IMG/VR virus record: IMGVR_UViG_3300014208_000024
Span: 308,284 to 372,283 of that record
Reading direction: 5' to 3' (one strand)
Source of the DNA: a virus
Taxonomy: Duplodnaviria; Caudoviricetes
Length of the DNA stretch: 64,000 bases
Made by a program: the position numbers and the translations under genes. The notes under the pieces were generated by a model. That model was given only the letters and a program-made list of their open reading frames with translations. It was not told the DNA's origin and ran no database searches. This document shows positions 47,013-56,066 of the stretch, piece after piece; position 1 is the first letter of the stretch, and each line of letters starts with the position of its first letter.

Positions 47013-47038
47013 TACGAAAAAATCCCCCAAAGGTTTCA
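47013..47038 (-). promoter_or_regulatory. ECF-type promoter TGAAAC-N16-CGTA (further copies 50639-50664 -, 55523-55548 -, 56318-56343 -, 41162-41187 +, 52875-52900 +, 30189-30214 +, 39900-39925 +, 41464-41489 +)
   Basis: Invariant 16-nt spacer between (T/A)(G/A)WAAC and CGTA; matches the sigmaW-type ECF consensus. Confidence 0.75.
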
Positions 47039-47075
47039 GATATTCTTTTCTGGGTATTTGTTTTTATGTATAGAC

Positions 47076-47615
47076 CTATCGGTCTTTGGCTTTATATAAT
47101 AAATCATTAATAAGGGAATCGGCTTCTTTGTTTTTAATTAGATCATTTACTTCTTTTTTTATTCTATTCATGTCTTTATTAAAAACTTCTGTTCTTGATT
47201 TAATCAATGTATCCATTTCAATTTTCAAATCATGTTTCCAGGTTTGTGGTTTTAGAGTAAAAAATCTCATAGAAGAAGAAAAATCTACTAAGAAAAAATG
47301 GTAATTCATACATTCGTCTTTCAAAGCAGCGCTGCATCCCATAGGTTTTACATCATGTTTTACTGAAAAGTTTGTCCATTTTGTGTTTTTTTCTTCTCCT
47401 TTATGAAAATTTATTTTTACATAATCAATGTCATAAATTATCGATCCTTTAAAAATGATGCATAATATTTGATCATCTTTTTCCAAGTCTGATAGTAAAT
47501 TTTTTTCTTTTGATTGTTTAACAAAAGCTTTTTTAATATCAACAATTTTCAATTGATCTTCTACTTCTTGTTTTACTTTTAGAAGTTCTGTTTTTGATAG
47601 GTCTTTTAAATTCAT
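47076..47615 (-). CDS. Hypothetical protein
   Basis: Operon member; C-terminus encoded by the AGACCTATCGGTCT repeat. Confidence 0.7.
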   Translation of the reverse strand: MNLKDLSKTELLKVKQEVEDQLKIVDIKKAFVKQSKEKNLLSDLEKDDQILCIIFKGSIIYDIDYVKINFHKGEEKNTKWTNFSVKHDVKPMGCSAALKDECMNYHFFLVDFSSSMRFFTLKPQTWKHDLKIEMDTLIKSRTEVFNKDMNRIKKEVNDLIKNKEADSLINDLLYKAKDR

Positions 47616-47626
47616 ATTTTTATAAT

Positions 47627-48637
47627 TTATGGTATTAATTTATCTACTTGATTCATTATGATGTTTTCAATTTTTTGTGTATCTTCCAGTGATGGTTTGT
47701 TGTAGGTATTTTTTCCGCTGGAAACTTCAATGGGAGAGCATATATAGAATCCGTCCCCTCTTTTAAATCTAAAGTTTATGGTCATTTTTCTGAACATTAG
47801 AATAGAATTGCATCCAAAAGTTATTTCCAGGTCTAAGGAATTATCAATTTCTTTTTTTGCCCACTCATTAAATTTTTTAACGACATTATGGATTACTGTT
47901 TTTTCATGATAATTTTCTCTTAATCTTTTTTCTACTTTTTCCTCTAATGATTTGCTTCTATTTAGCAGAGAGTATGTAAAAAACTTTCCTTGTTCATAAT
48001 ATATTCTCATGAAAGATGAATAATCAAAATAGAATGATTCAATATATATCATTTTGCTATTAAAATAGTGTTTCATATATATTTTTACATCTATATTTTG
48101 TTCATTGAACAGTTCCAATAATTTCTTTGCCGTTTTAACATTTTTTATGGCAACTTTATCTGTTTTTTTAATTAAGAGAGCTTTCTCAAGAGTAATTGTT
48201 TCTGTTTTGGCTCCTGGTTTATAATTGTCTGGGACTTGTTTTAGCTTTGTATGCCAATCGTATTCTTTTTTAAGTCCAGGGGTTATGGATCTTTTAAGAT
48301 CAATGCTTGAGCCGAGTTTTCCATCTGATTTTACATGAACAAAATCTTTATAAATGACGGCCTTTCCAGTTCTTTTATTTTTGCTGGTATCATAGGTGTG
48401 AAAATCGATATATGTTTTTCGTGGGGATACGCATCCAGACACATTTCCTTTGTGATCGAAAGTTGTATATCTTTCGTTTGGTTTTGTGCTTAATTGTTCG
48501 TTAAGAATTTTGGATACTTTTTCAGATTTTAGGTAATCAACCAGTTTATTAAACTCTTTTATTTTTTTCAGGACTTCTTCGGCTTCTTTTGAAGCTGGTA
48601 CAAACAAATCCTTTTCTTTTTTAAATTCTTTTTGCAT
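47627..48637 (-). CDS. Hypothetical protein
   Basis: Likely start MQKEFKK. Confidence 0.7.
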   Translation of the reverse strand: MQKEFKKEKDLFVPASKEAEEVLKKIKEFNKLVDYLKSEKVSKILNEQLSTKPNERYTTFDHKGNVSGCVSPRKTYIDFHTYDTSKNKRTGKAVIYKDFVHVKSDGKLGSSIDLKRSITPGLKKEYDWHTKLKQVPDNYKPGAKTETITLEKALLIKKTDKVAIKNVKTAKKLLELFNEQNIDVKIYMKHYFNSKMIYIESFYFDYSSFMRIYYEQGKFFTYSLLNRSKSLEEKVEKRLRENYHEKTVIHNVVKKFNEWAKKEIDNSLDLEITFGCNSILMFRKMTINFRFKRGDGFYICSPIEVSSGKNTYNKPSLEDTQKIENIIMNQVDKLIP

Positions 48638-48638
48638 T

Positions 48639-48863
48639 TTAATTAATTTTATACAATTCATACAGTACTCCATTTTTCTCAACAAACATTTTCAATGATA
48701 AAGACACATTGTTTGGGTTATAGACAGATGATGGCGTTCCATTTAAATTTGCATAATTTATTGTAAATCCGCTAAAAATTTTATCATTAACTTGTAACTC
48801 TTTTCCACCTCCGTAGAATTTACAGATCATTTTTTTTAATTTTTCTTCTGTAATTGTCTCCAT
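48639..48863 (-). CDS. Hypothetical protein
   Basis: Operon member. Confidence 0.65.
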   Translation of the reverse strand: METITEEKLKKMICKFYGGGKELQVNDKIFSGFTINYANLNGTPSSVYNPNNVSLSLKMFVEKNGVLYELYKIN

Positions 48864-49360
48864 TAACTTTTTTCTTTTAAAATTTTCAGTGCATATTTTA
48901 GCCCCATTTCCAAAGCTTCCTCATAACTGTCGAAATACATTTCAATACCAATATCATCAGATTGTGTATAGTTGTTTTCGTCAATAAAGTTAACTGACCA
49001 GATCCATTTTTTTAAACTATTACAATCTATCCAAATATTTATATTATGTTTTTGTATCAGCCATTTTTGAAGTTTTGCTTGAGTTGGGGCTGGATATAAC
49101 AAATTATGAATTTTTAGCATTCCCATGTATATTGGGAAGTCGCTGTTTCGTATATCAAAATAGTAATTACATGACCAATCAAAATCATTTTCTTTTGCAA
49201 GTTTTGCAGTTTCAAATGTTATTAGCGATTCTTCTTCTGAGTTTGTGATAGATAAATTTTCATTACCAGTAAGCAAATCCATAACTTTCCAGAATGCATC
49301 ATTTGATTCTATTTCTCCACTAACGAGTTTTTCTCGTATTTCGATTATTTCTTTTTGCAT
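48863..49360 (-). CDS. Hypothetical protein
   Basis: ITFETAKLAKE...APTQAKLQKWL motif; operon member. Confidence 0.7.
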   Translation of the reverse strand: MQKEIIEIREKLVSGEIESNDAFWKVMDLLTGNENLSITNSEEESLITFETAKLAKENDFDWSCNYYFDIRNSDFPIYMGMLKIHNLLYPAPTQAKLQKWLIQKHNINIWIDCNSLKKWIWSVNFIDENNYTQSDDIGIEMYFDSYEEALEMGLKYALKILKEKS

Positions 49361-49384
49361 TTTTTTTATAATTCATTTTTCTTA

Positions 49385-49720
49385 TTACCTGCTTCTGCGT
49401 GTATTTTGTATTTTTTGATACCACGATTCCAATATCAAAGAATTTTCTTTGTTTGCATTAACAAATCCCCCAAATGTGTACCATTCGAATTTTCCACCTT
49501 CACATTCTTCTCTTTGGAATGTCATCCATGGAGCGTTTGGATATTTACCATCTATTAGTCTTTTGTCATAATCTTTTCCCCACATACCTTGTGTTCTCAC
49601 ATAGAAGATTTTTTTTATTTTTTTCCCTATTGGTTCTATGACAATTTCTTCGTCTTGGTTTTCGATTTTTGGCACAAGATAATAATCTTTGCCTTCATAA
49701 TTAATTGTTTTATAATCCAT
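49385..49720 (-). CDS. Hypothetical protein
   Basis: Operon member. Confidence 0.65.
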   Translation of the reverse strand: MDYKTINYEGKDYYLVPKIENQDEEIVIEPIGKKIKKIFYVRTQGMWGKDYDKRLIDGKYPNAPWMTFQREECEGGKFEWYTFGGFVNANKENSLILESWYQKIQNTRRSR

Positions 49721-49745
49721 ATATAAAATTTATTATTTATTCATA

Positions 49746-50180
49746 CTATTCTAAGGTTTCTATTTCATTTTTCCAAATTAAAGATGAAAAATCTGGTTTC
49801 CAATTTTTAATTTGTCCGTTTTGATCAATATTCATAATAATATAGTCTCCATATCCACCTTCTTCTGGACAAAGCACTGGGGGAACATAATCTTGTTCTA
49901 TTGATAGGATTAAATTTCCCCTGTCGTCTTTCACAAAATACGAACCAGCGTCACATATTTTGAAGTGAATTTTTGCAGTTGTTTCTTTGGGCCAATCTCT
50001 TATAATACCTGTATCAATGTCAATAATTGGGCACCACAAATTACCTCTTTTAAATGGGGTTAATTTTCCTTCTTCATCTTTCACTCCGTTTATTATTGCA
50101 TCTTCCCAGTATCTTACGCTAGCTATAACTTCGAGGGTTTTAATCTCAACTTGTATTTCAGTTTTTATTATTATCTTCAT
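49746..50180 (-). CDS. Hypothetical protein
   Basis: VRYWEDA..NG...WCPIID..TG...HFKICDAG motif; likely start MKIII. Confidence 0.7.
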   Translation of the reverse strand: MKIIIKTEIQVEIKTLEVIASVRYWEDAIINGVKDEEGKLTPFKRGNLWCPIIDIDTGIIRDWPKETTAKIHFKICDAGSYFVKDDRGNLILSIEQDYVPPVLCPEEGGYGDYIIMNIDQNGQIKNWKPDFSSLIWKNEIETLE

Positions 50181-50362
50181 TTTCTTGATATTTTTGAAAT
50201 TTATTATATAATTCTTCGTAGACTCCAATTTTTTCAACATCGAATAAATAATCAACGAAGTCCTTTAAATCTTCGGCATCTTCGAAATATCCTTGTGTAA
50301 TTTGTATTGGTTGTTCTCTTAATCCCATTATTAAACCTATTTGTTAATTGTTTTAGTAGAGA

Positions 50363-50614
50363 TTATTTTCCATATTTAATTTGCAGTCCATGTGTTTCTT
50401 TTATTCTGTCTAAGGATGCTAGTTTCAATCCTTTAAATATTTCTTCTGGACTTTCTGCAATTTCTGATGTCCACCATTTGTCTTTTCCAAATGATATTTC
50501 GTAAACAGGCTTATTTTCTGTATATCTTATTCCTGTTACAATACCAGAAATTATTCTTAATCCGAACAATCCAGAATCAATTATTCCATATTTTGGCTTG
50601 CTTAGATTTTCCAT
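50363..50614 (-). CDS. Hypothetical protein
   Basis: First gene behind ECF-type promoter 50639-50664. Confidence 0.7.
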   Translation of the reverse strand: MENLSKPKYGIIDSGLFGLRIISGIVTGIRYTENKPVYEISFGKDKWWTSEIAESPEEIFKGLKLASLDRIKETHGLQIKYGK

Positions 50615-50727
50615 GTGTAAATTTTGTTTTATGATCTATACGAAAAAAAGTTTAAAATGTTTCAAAAATACCAATATTGTTTTTGGATTTTGGCATAATT
50701 TTGCTTATATTTATAGAAAATTACAAT

Positions 50728-51690
50728 ATGCAAAATAAATTAAGAGAAATAATAAAAGAGGCTATAGGCGGGATTTTCGAAAGCGGTCATAAACAGGATG
50801 AAATTTACGTATATACTGAAGAATTAGTTTTGAAATTAATAAGTTTTATTGTAAAACAAATTGAAGTTAATCCCTCTTTGGTGGATGGTGGAGAGTGGGG
50901 CTTAAAAAAAACATTTGAATGTGGTGAAGAATTTGCAGAAGCAACGAAGATATCAGAAATTATATTAGATATAGATTTTAAAAAAGATTTAAAAGAAAAT
51001 ATAAGTGCAGTATTTCAATCCAATAAAACAAGACTATTAAATAATGATTTTTATAAAATTAACATTAATATAAACATAAAAATTAATAGAAATATAAAAA
51101 ACTATAAAGAAAAAGTGGAAGACATATTATCTCATGAGTTGCTCCATGCATTTAAATACATAAAGACTATTAATATAATTTCCAAAACTAACTCTTTAAA
51201 TAAAGCCAAAAATTACACAAATAAAGAAATTAATCATTTAACTGTAAAATATCCAGAGATTAAAAGATTTATGGATATGATATATTTAAGTAATTTTTCT
51301 GAGATAGAAGCAAGACAACAAGAAACAGCTTCTCAATTAAAAAGGGCAGATCTTAAAACACCAAAAGAAACACTGGAATATTTATTACAATTTCAACCTC
51401 TTTCTGATGCAAATAAAATGATAAATTATTCAACCGAAGAAATTAAAAAAATAAACGAAAATATCTTAGAAGAATTTATCAATATTTTTAATAATAACCT
51501 AAAAAACTTAAGTTTAAACAACGACATAAAAAGTAATAAAAGCATTTTTTTTTCTTATTGGAAAAACAAGATTAATGATGCTGGGATAAAGTTAAGAAAG
51601 AATATAATCAATATGGTTTCATATAAATATAATTTGAAAGAGGGATTGGCTTTTTTAAACGCTGATGATTTGTTAGATGAAATATTTTGA
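50728..51690 (+). CDS. Zincin metallopeptidase-like protein (paralog B)
   Basis: SHELLHAF and EIEARQQETASQLK; clear paralog of 44374; start MQNKLREIIKE. Confidence 0.72.
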   Translation: MQNKLREIIKEAIGGIFESGHKQDEIYVYTEELVLKLISFIVKQIEVNPSLVDGGEWGLKKTFECGEEFAEATKISEIILDIDFKKDLKENISAVFQSNKTRLLNNDFYKINININIKINRNIKNYKEKVEDILSHELLHAFKYIKTINIISKTNSLNKAKNYTNKEINHLTVKYPEIKRFMDMIYLSNFSEIEARQQETASQLKRADLKTPKETLEYLLQFQPLSDANKMINYSTEEIKKINENILEEFINIFNNNLKNLSLNNDIKSNKSIFFSYWKNKINDAGIKLRKNIINMVSYKYNLKEGLAFLNADDLLDEIF

Positions 51691-51764
51691 TTCGGTTTGT
51701 ATATAAATAAAGATATTTTGTTTTAAGAATAATTTTGATTATATTTATAGAAAAATTAAAATTT

Positions 51765-52316
51765 ATGAGTAAAAATCTTAGAAAAATAATAAAAGATATT
51801 GTCAAAGAAACTTTTGATAACATTAACGATTTGCCAATTAATTTGAGAAAAGAAGAAGGTGAAAACAAAATTTATTATAAATTTCCTTTTAATAATATAG
51901 AATATGCAGTAGAAATATCAAAACTTACAGACATAGGAAACACTCAAATGCCAGATGAAAAATTAAAGAATTTTGTTCTTGAAAAATCTAATGGTTTTAT
52001 TTTTAGTTTTGGAATTATAAAAAATGGGATTTATTATGACGTAATTGATACTAAAGAAAACAAAGCAATTAAAATAATTAGTTTTGTGGCTGCAATTATA
52101 AATAAATTTTTAAAAGAAAATGATGTTAATGTAATAACTTTTCACGCAGAAAGTTCAAGAGATAAAATTTATGATTACATTTATAGAAAATATTTAAAAG
52201 ATGAATTTAAATATTATACAGCAAAGGAAAAATCAAATTACAATAGGTTTTATATAAAAAACGATTTGTATAATGAATTTTTAAATCAAACTAATAATGA
52301 AAAAAAAGAAATTTAA
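51765..52316 (+). CDS. Hypothetical protein with N-terminal tag (related to 57913)
   Basis: Start MSKNLRKIIKDIVKE; shared F.FG...V..II..FL.E...I.F.A...R..IY motif. Confidence 0.7.
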   Translation: MSKNLRKIIKDIVKETFDNINDLPINLRKEEGENKIYYKFPFNNIEYAVEISKLTDIGNTQMPDEKLKNFVLEKSNGFIFSFGIIKNGIYYDVIDTKENKAIKIISFVAAIINKFLKENDVNVITFHAESSRDKIYDYIYRKYLKDEFKYYTAKEKSNYNRFYIKNDLYNEFLNQTNNEKKEI

Positions 52317-52830
52317 AATAGGAATATGTAATGGGCTAATTTTGTCTTATAATTCTATAGAAAAGACGTTCAAAGAAAAACTTTTATGTAACATATTTGA
52401 CTGTAACATTTATACACATATTTCCATCAATTCTTTTGAATTAACATTTGATTGTAAAATAAACAAATATTCTTCAATAGAATTATTAATGAATAATTTA
52501 AATTATTATTTTACAGATTATTCAATCAAGAAAGAAAAAGAAAAAGATGTTTTGATTTTAAATGCCATTTTAAAAACACAAAATCCTTTTTTAGATAGTA
52601 TTTTTGAGTGCAACAATTTACATTCAAAAAAAGATTATTTTATATATATTAAAGACAGATTGTTTTATAAAAAAGATTTTGAGGAAATAATTTCAAATAT
52701 TATAAAAGATAAGTTGAACATTTTATCAATTGATATATCGAACAATGATTTTTTTGTTTTTACTTATAATAAACATGGAAATAAAATAGAAACAATAGAA
52801 TTGAGATACGAAAATTTTGTTACTTCTTAA
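52297..52830 (+). CDS. Hypothetical protein
   Basis: ORF overlapping previous stop. Confidence 0.55.
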   Translation: MKKKKFKIGICNGLILSYNSIEKTFKEKLLCNIFDCNIYTHISINSFELTFDCKINKYSSIELLMNNLNYYFTDYSIKKEKEKDVLILNAILKTQNPFLDSIFECNNLHSKKDYFIYIKDRLFYKKDFEEIISNIIKDKLNILSIDISNNDFFVFTYNKHGNKIETIELRYENFVTS

Positions 52831-52931
52831 TAATAAAGTTTTATTGCCAACTATCGGTCTTTGGCCTTTAATTTTGTAACTTTTTATTTAATTTTTCGTA
52901 TACTATAGTAAGAAACGAAAACGAAACAAAA

Positions 52932-53834
52932 ATGAAAAGTATTAATTATTCCGCAGTTCAGGTCAAGAGTGATTTGACAATAAAGACTGGAGATGAAACT
53001 TTTGACAGTTTTTTAAGCAATGATGGTGGTTTCATAGAGGGAAGCGCCATTTTTCTTACAGGAACCCCAGGGGCAGGCAAGACCACTCTTGCAATAGTTT
53101 TGCAGAAGTTGCTGAGGCAATACAAGACATCTCTTTATTCAAGAGAAATGACGGCATCCAGTGTTAAAGCACAGATGAAAAGGTATGCTGTTGATCATTC
53201 AAATGCTTACATTGCTGACAAAGACATGTGTCCAACGATAGATTCTTTTATCGAAGAATTAAATGAATTGAAGCCAAAGGTTGTTATTGTAGATTCTCTG
53301 CAGGTTATAATGAAAGAGGATTATGCAAATTCAACTGCAGAATCTTCAGGATTCAATATTATTCAGAAGCTTAGGGGATGGACCGAAAAGAACGAAGCTG
53401 TTCTTATTGTTGTTGGCCATGTAAACAAGGATGGTGAGTTTGAGGGCAGGAATACTATTCAGCACATGTTTGATTCACATTTGGAAATGATTTTTGACAA
53501 GAAAAAGGGAACAAGAACAATTTCCTGGGCAAAAAACAGGAAGGGTGCTGTTGGGGAAGTTCTTTATTATGAATTTGGTGAAGATTCTATAATTTTCCAC
53601 ACAAAGGAACAGTTTGAATCCATTAAGAACAGTAAAAAATTAGAGGATTATATTTTCGAAATGATTTCTTCTTTTCTTGGTTCTTTGGACAGAAAACATC
53701 CAGGTTATGAATCATTCAAAAAAGATTTGTTTAATAAATTCGAAGTTTTAAAGAATTCTAACAAAGATATGTTGGATGTTAACATAGAGTGTGTTTTGGC
53801 AATCAAAAGTCTTTTGAGTAAATATAAGATATGA
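52932..53834 (+). CDS. RadA/Sms-like RecA-family ATPase (lacks zinc finger and Lon-like domain)
   Basis: Walker A GTPGAGKTT, Walker B VVIVDSLQ, VGHVNKDG, IQHMFD and KNRKG motifs; TGTAAC-N16-CGTA promoter. Confidence 0.8.
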   Translation: MKSINYSAVQVKSDLTIKTGDETFDSFLSNDGGFIEGSAIFLTGTPGAGKTTLAIVLQKLLRQYKTSLYSREMTASSVKAQMKRYAVDHSNAYIADKDMCPTIDSFIEELNELKPKVVIVDSLQVIMKEDYANSTAESSGFNIIQKLRGWTEKNEAVLIVVGHVNKDGEFEGRNTIQHMFDSHLEMIFDKKKGTRTISWAKNRKGAVGEVLYYEFGEDSIIFHTKEQFESIKNSKKLEDYIFEMISSFLGSLDRKHPGYESFKKDLFNKFEVLKNSNKDMLDVNIECVLAIKSLLSKYKI

Positions 53835-53861
53835 TATTTTTGAACTCAAATAACGTGGAAA

Positions 53862-54421
53862 GTAAATACTCTTGTGCAGAATAATATAAAAAAACAGAGT
53901 TAAAATAAAATGTCTAGACATGCCGTTTAGACTCCTTTTGTAGAAAAATATAAAAAATTTTTAATTCAGAATTAAAGTCAATTTTGCGATTTTGACTCCA
54001 TTTGGATTGATATAAAAAACAGAATTTAATAGGCTAACAACTCACCTTGCCCGATTTTGACTCCATTGCGGAACAATATAATAAAAAAATTGTAAATCAC
54101 AATAAATTTTATTGTAATATTTGGACTCCATTGTAGATTGATATAATAAACAGTAAAAGTACAGAAGCAATAAGTTGTGTACACAGCTTTGCCTTTTGAC
54201 TCTATTATAGATAAATATAAGAAACAGAAATTGTGAAAAATCCAATCACTGGCCGCACATTTGAACTCTATTGTAGATAGATATAAAAAAACAGGACGCA
54301 TCGGTTGTTTTTTTCAACTACTGGTTTTTGACTCCATTCGGATCTATATAAGAAACGGGCTCAAATAGTTTTTTTATCTATTCGCATGTTGTGACTCCCC
54401 CAGTGGATCGATATAAGAAAC
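53862..54421 (-). CRISPR. Degenerate CRISPR-like array: 9 repeats (32-34 bp) and 8 unique spacers (about 29-41 bp), no cas genes in window
   Basis: Period 63-74 bp; minus-strand consensus GTTTYTTATATCNATCYRCAATRGAGTCAAAAT; conserved TCY/RGA stem with an 8-nt 3' tail. Confidence 0.65.
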
Positions 54422-54449
54422 ATGTTGAGAATAGGAAGGCAACGTTTAA

Positions 54450-54507
54450 ATCTCTTTCTAAGAGCTTTGGTGTTCTTTGTATTTTTGGTAATATCAATTT
54501 CATTCAT
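54450..54507 (-). pseudogene. Truncated fifth paralog of the RKKIY..YWFP family, running into the array
   Basis: MNEIDITKNTKNTKALRKR matches the N-termini MEKIIITDKTRNTKALRKK and MNQIIITEKTKNPKTLRKR. Confidence 0.7.
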
Positions 54508-54519
54508 AACGTTTTTGTT

Positions 54520-54834
54520 TTACATATTTGAAATTATTTCTTCCAGGATTTTAATACGTTTATTTTTACCTTTTTCGTCGATAGGAAACCAATAACAATT
54601 ATAAGGTCTTTTAGGTTTATATTTTAACAATTCTTCATAAACATTATTAATAGACATCAAAACAAATTTATCTCGTTCTGGATAGAATGAATTTTGGTTA
54701 TCGATTGAAAAGACAATTGCGCTGCAAAAACCACAACTTCTTTTATTTTTAATATTATCCAGCGCCCTCTTATATATTCTCTTTCTGAGAGTTTTGGGGT
54801 TCTTGGTTTTTTCCGTAATAATAATTTGATTCAT
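54520..54834 (-). CDS. Paralog family member 3 (RKRIY..GFC..YWFP)
   Basis: Shared motifs. Confidence 0.75.
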   Translation of the reverse strand: MNQIIITEKTKNPKTLRKRIYKRALDNIKNKRSCGFCSAIVFSIDNQNSFYPERDKFVLMSINNVYEELLKYKPKRPYNCYWFPIDEKGKNKRIKILEEIISNM

Positions 54835-54846
54835 AATGTTTTTGTT

Positions 54847-55176
54847 TTACATTGAATTAATAATTTCTTTCAGAATTTTTACACGTTTTTTTGAACCGTA
54901 TTCGTTTCTCGGAAACCAGTATATACTATATTGATAGTTTCTTTTTGGTTTGTATTCCATTAGTTCTGTATATATGTTGTTTGGGTTTGCCATTGAGAAA
55001 ACACTAAACTCAAATCCAGAAATATTTTTATTAAACGCCATAGAAATAGCATAACAAAATCCAGAGAAAAAACTACTTTTAGATTCTTCATCAATAAATT
55101 TCATCGCAGACTCATAAACTTTTTTTCTTAGTTTTTTAGAGTTTTTTGTATTATATGTGAGATTTATTTGTTTCAT
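54847..55176 (-). CDS. Paralog family member 4 (RKKVY..GFC..YWFP)
   Basis: Shared motifs. Confidence 0.75.
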   Translation of the reverse strand: MKQINLTYNTKNSKKLRKKVYESAMKFIDEESKSSFFSGFCYAISMAFNKNISGFEFSVFSMANPNNIYTELMEYKPKRNYQYSIYWFPRNEYGSKKRVKILKEIINSM

Positions 55177-55297
55177 ATTTTATATCTTTCTTGGCGTTTA
55201 AAATACTTTGGTATAATATGATGGAAATACTCTTTGCCATTATATATTATTTTCACCAAATTTGAATCTGTGTTATGAATATTTTTAGGAATTTTTC

Positions 55298-55504
55298 TCA
55301 TTTGACAAATTTTATAGTTTTATCTTCGAGGAGATCGTGAAGGTTTGCTAAAAGGATCTTTTCTTGATCATCAATTACATTATCCTCTGCAGCGATATTT
55401 GTAATTTTGTCATAGTTTTTTCTGGTAATTGTTCCAAACTTGATGGCCTCGTTGATTATTTCTCTAATCTCCAAAGCCGACTTAGAAATTTTCTTTTCTT
55501 TCAT
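55298..55504 (-). CDS. Hypothetical protein
   Basis: First gene behind ECF-type promoter 55523-55548. Confidence 0.7.
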   Translation of the reverse strand: MKEKKISKSALEIREIINEAIKFGTITRKNYDKITNIAAEDNVIDDQEKILLANLHDLLEDKTIKFVK

Positions 55505-55595
55505 ATGTTTTTTATTGTTTTATACGAAAAAATAACACAAATGTTTCACTAAGAATATTTTATTTTTAATACCAATCATCTTTTTTTTGTAAGTT

Positions 55596-56066
55596 TTAAT
55601 TAAATTCATTAATTCTTTTTTCTACAATTGGATATAGTATTTGCAAATATTCTTTTCCATGTTGTAAATTGTGTAAGTTATCGGTCATAAACCAACCTTT
55701 TATTTCTAAATTTTTTTGTAAATTCGAAATTTTATTTTTAGACCACATAAAATACTCTCCTCCACCATTTGATTTAACATAAGTGATATATCCGTCATAT
55801 ATTTCACTTGGATAGTCAATTCTATAATCATAATTTTCACTAAATTTTATAGAAGAATCAGTTATATATCCTTGTAAATATATGAAACCTCCAGTATTTT
55901 GTAATTTTTCAGTAATTACTTTTGTTACTGTTATTGTATCAATTTTCTGATTATTTCTTTCTGATATTTTTCCTGGCAATTCATAAATTTGGTATATTAA
56001 CATCAAATTAGAAATTAAAAGTGTTGGAAAAATAAAATTGCTTATGAGTGATAAAAAATTTTTCAT
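55596..56066 (-). CDS. Membrane-anchored hypothetical protein
   Basis: N-terminal hydrophobic helix. Confidence 0.65.
   Translation of the reverse strand: MKNFLSLISNFIFPTLLISNLMLIYQIYELPGKISERNNQKIDTITVTKVITEKLQNTGGFIYLQGYITDSSIKFSENYDYRIDYPSEIYDGYITYVKSNGGGEYFMWSKNKISNLQKNLEIKGWFMTDNLHNLQHGKEYLQILYPIVEKRINEFN

Noticed and set aside
52932-53834. Assigning the gene symbol radA or calling it a Cas-associated protein
   Set aside because: It lacks the RadA zinc finger and C-terminal Lon-like domain, and there is no evidence beyond adjacency that links it to the array.
53862-54421. TIGR-type (36-nt, dual-repeat) array, or protein-coding repeat via ORFs 54026-54301 and 54042-54245
   Set aside because: The unit is about 65 nt with a single repeat type. 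Unit lengths are not consistently multiples of 3, and the ORFs are low-complexity translations of the repeats.
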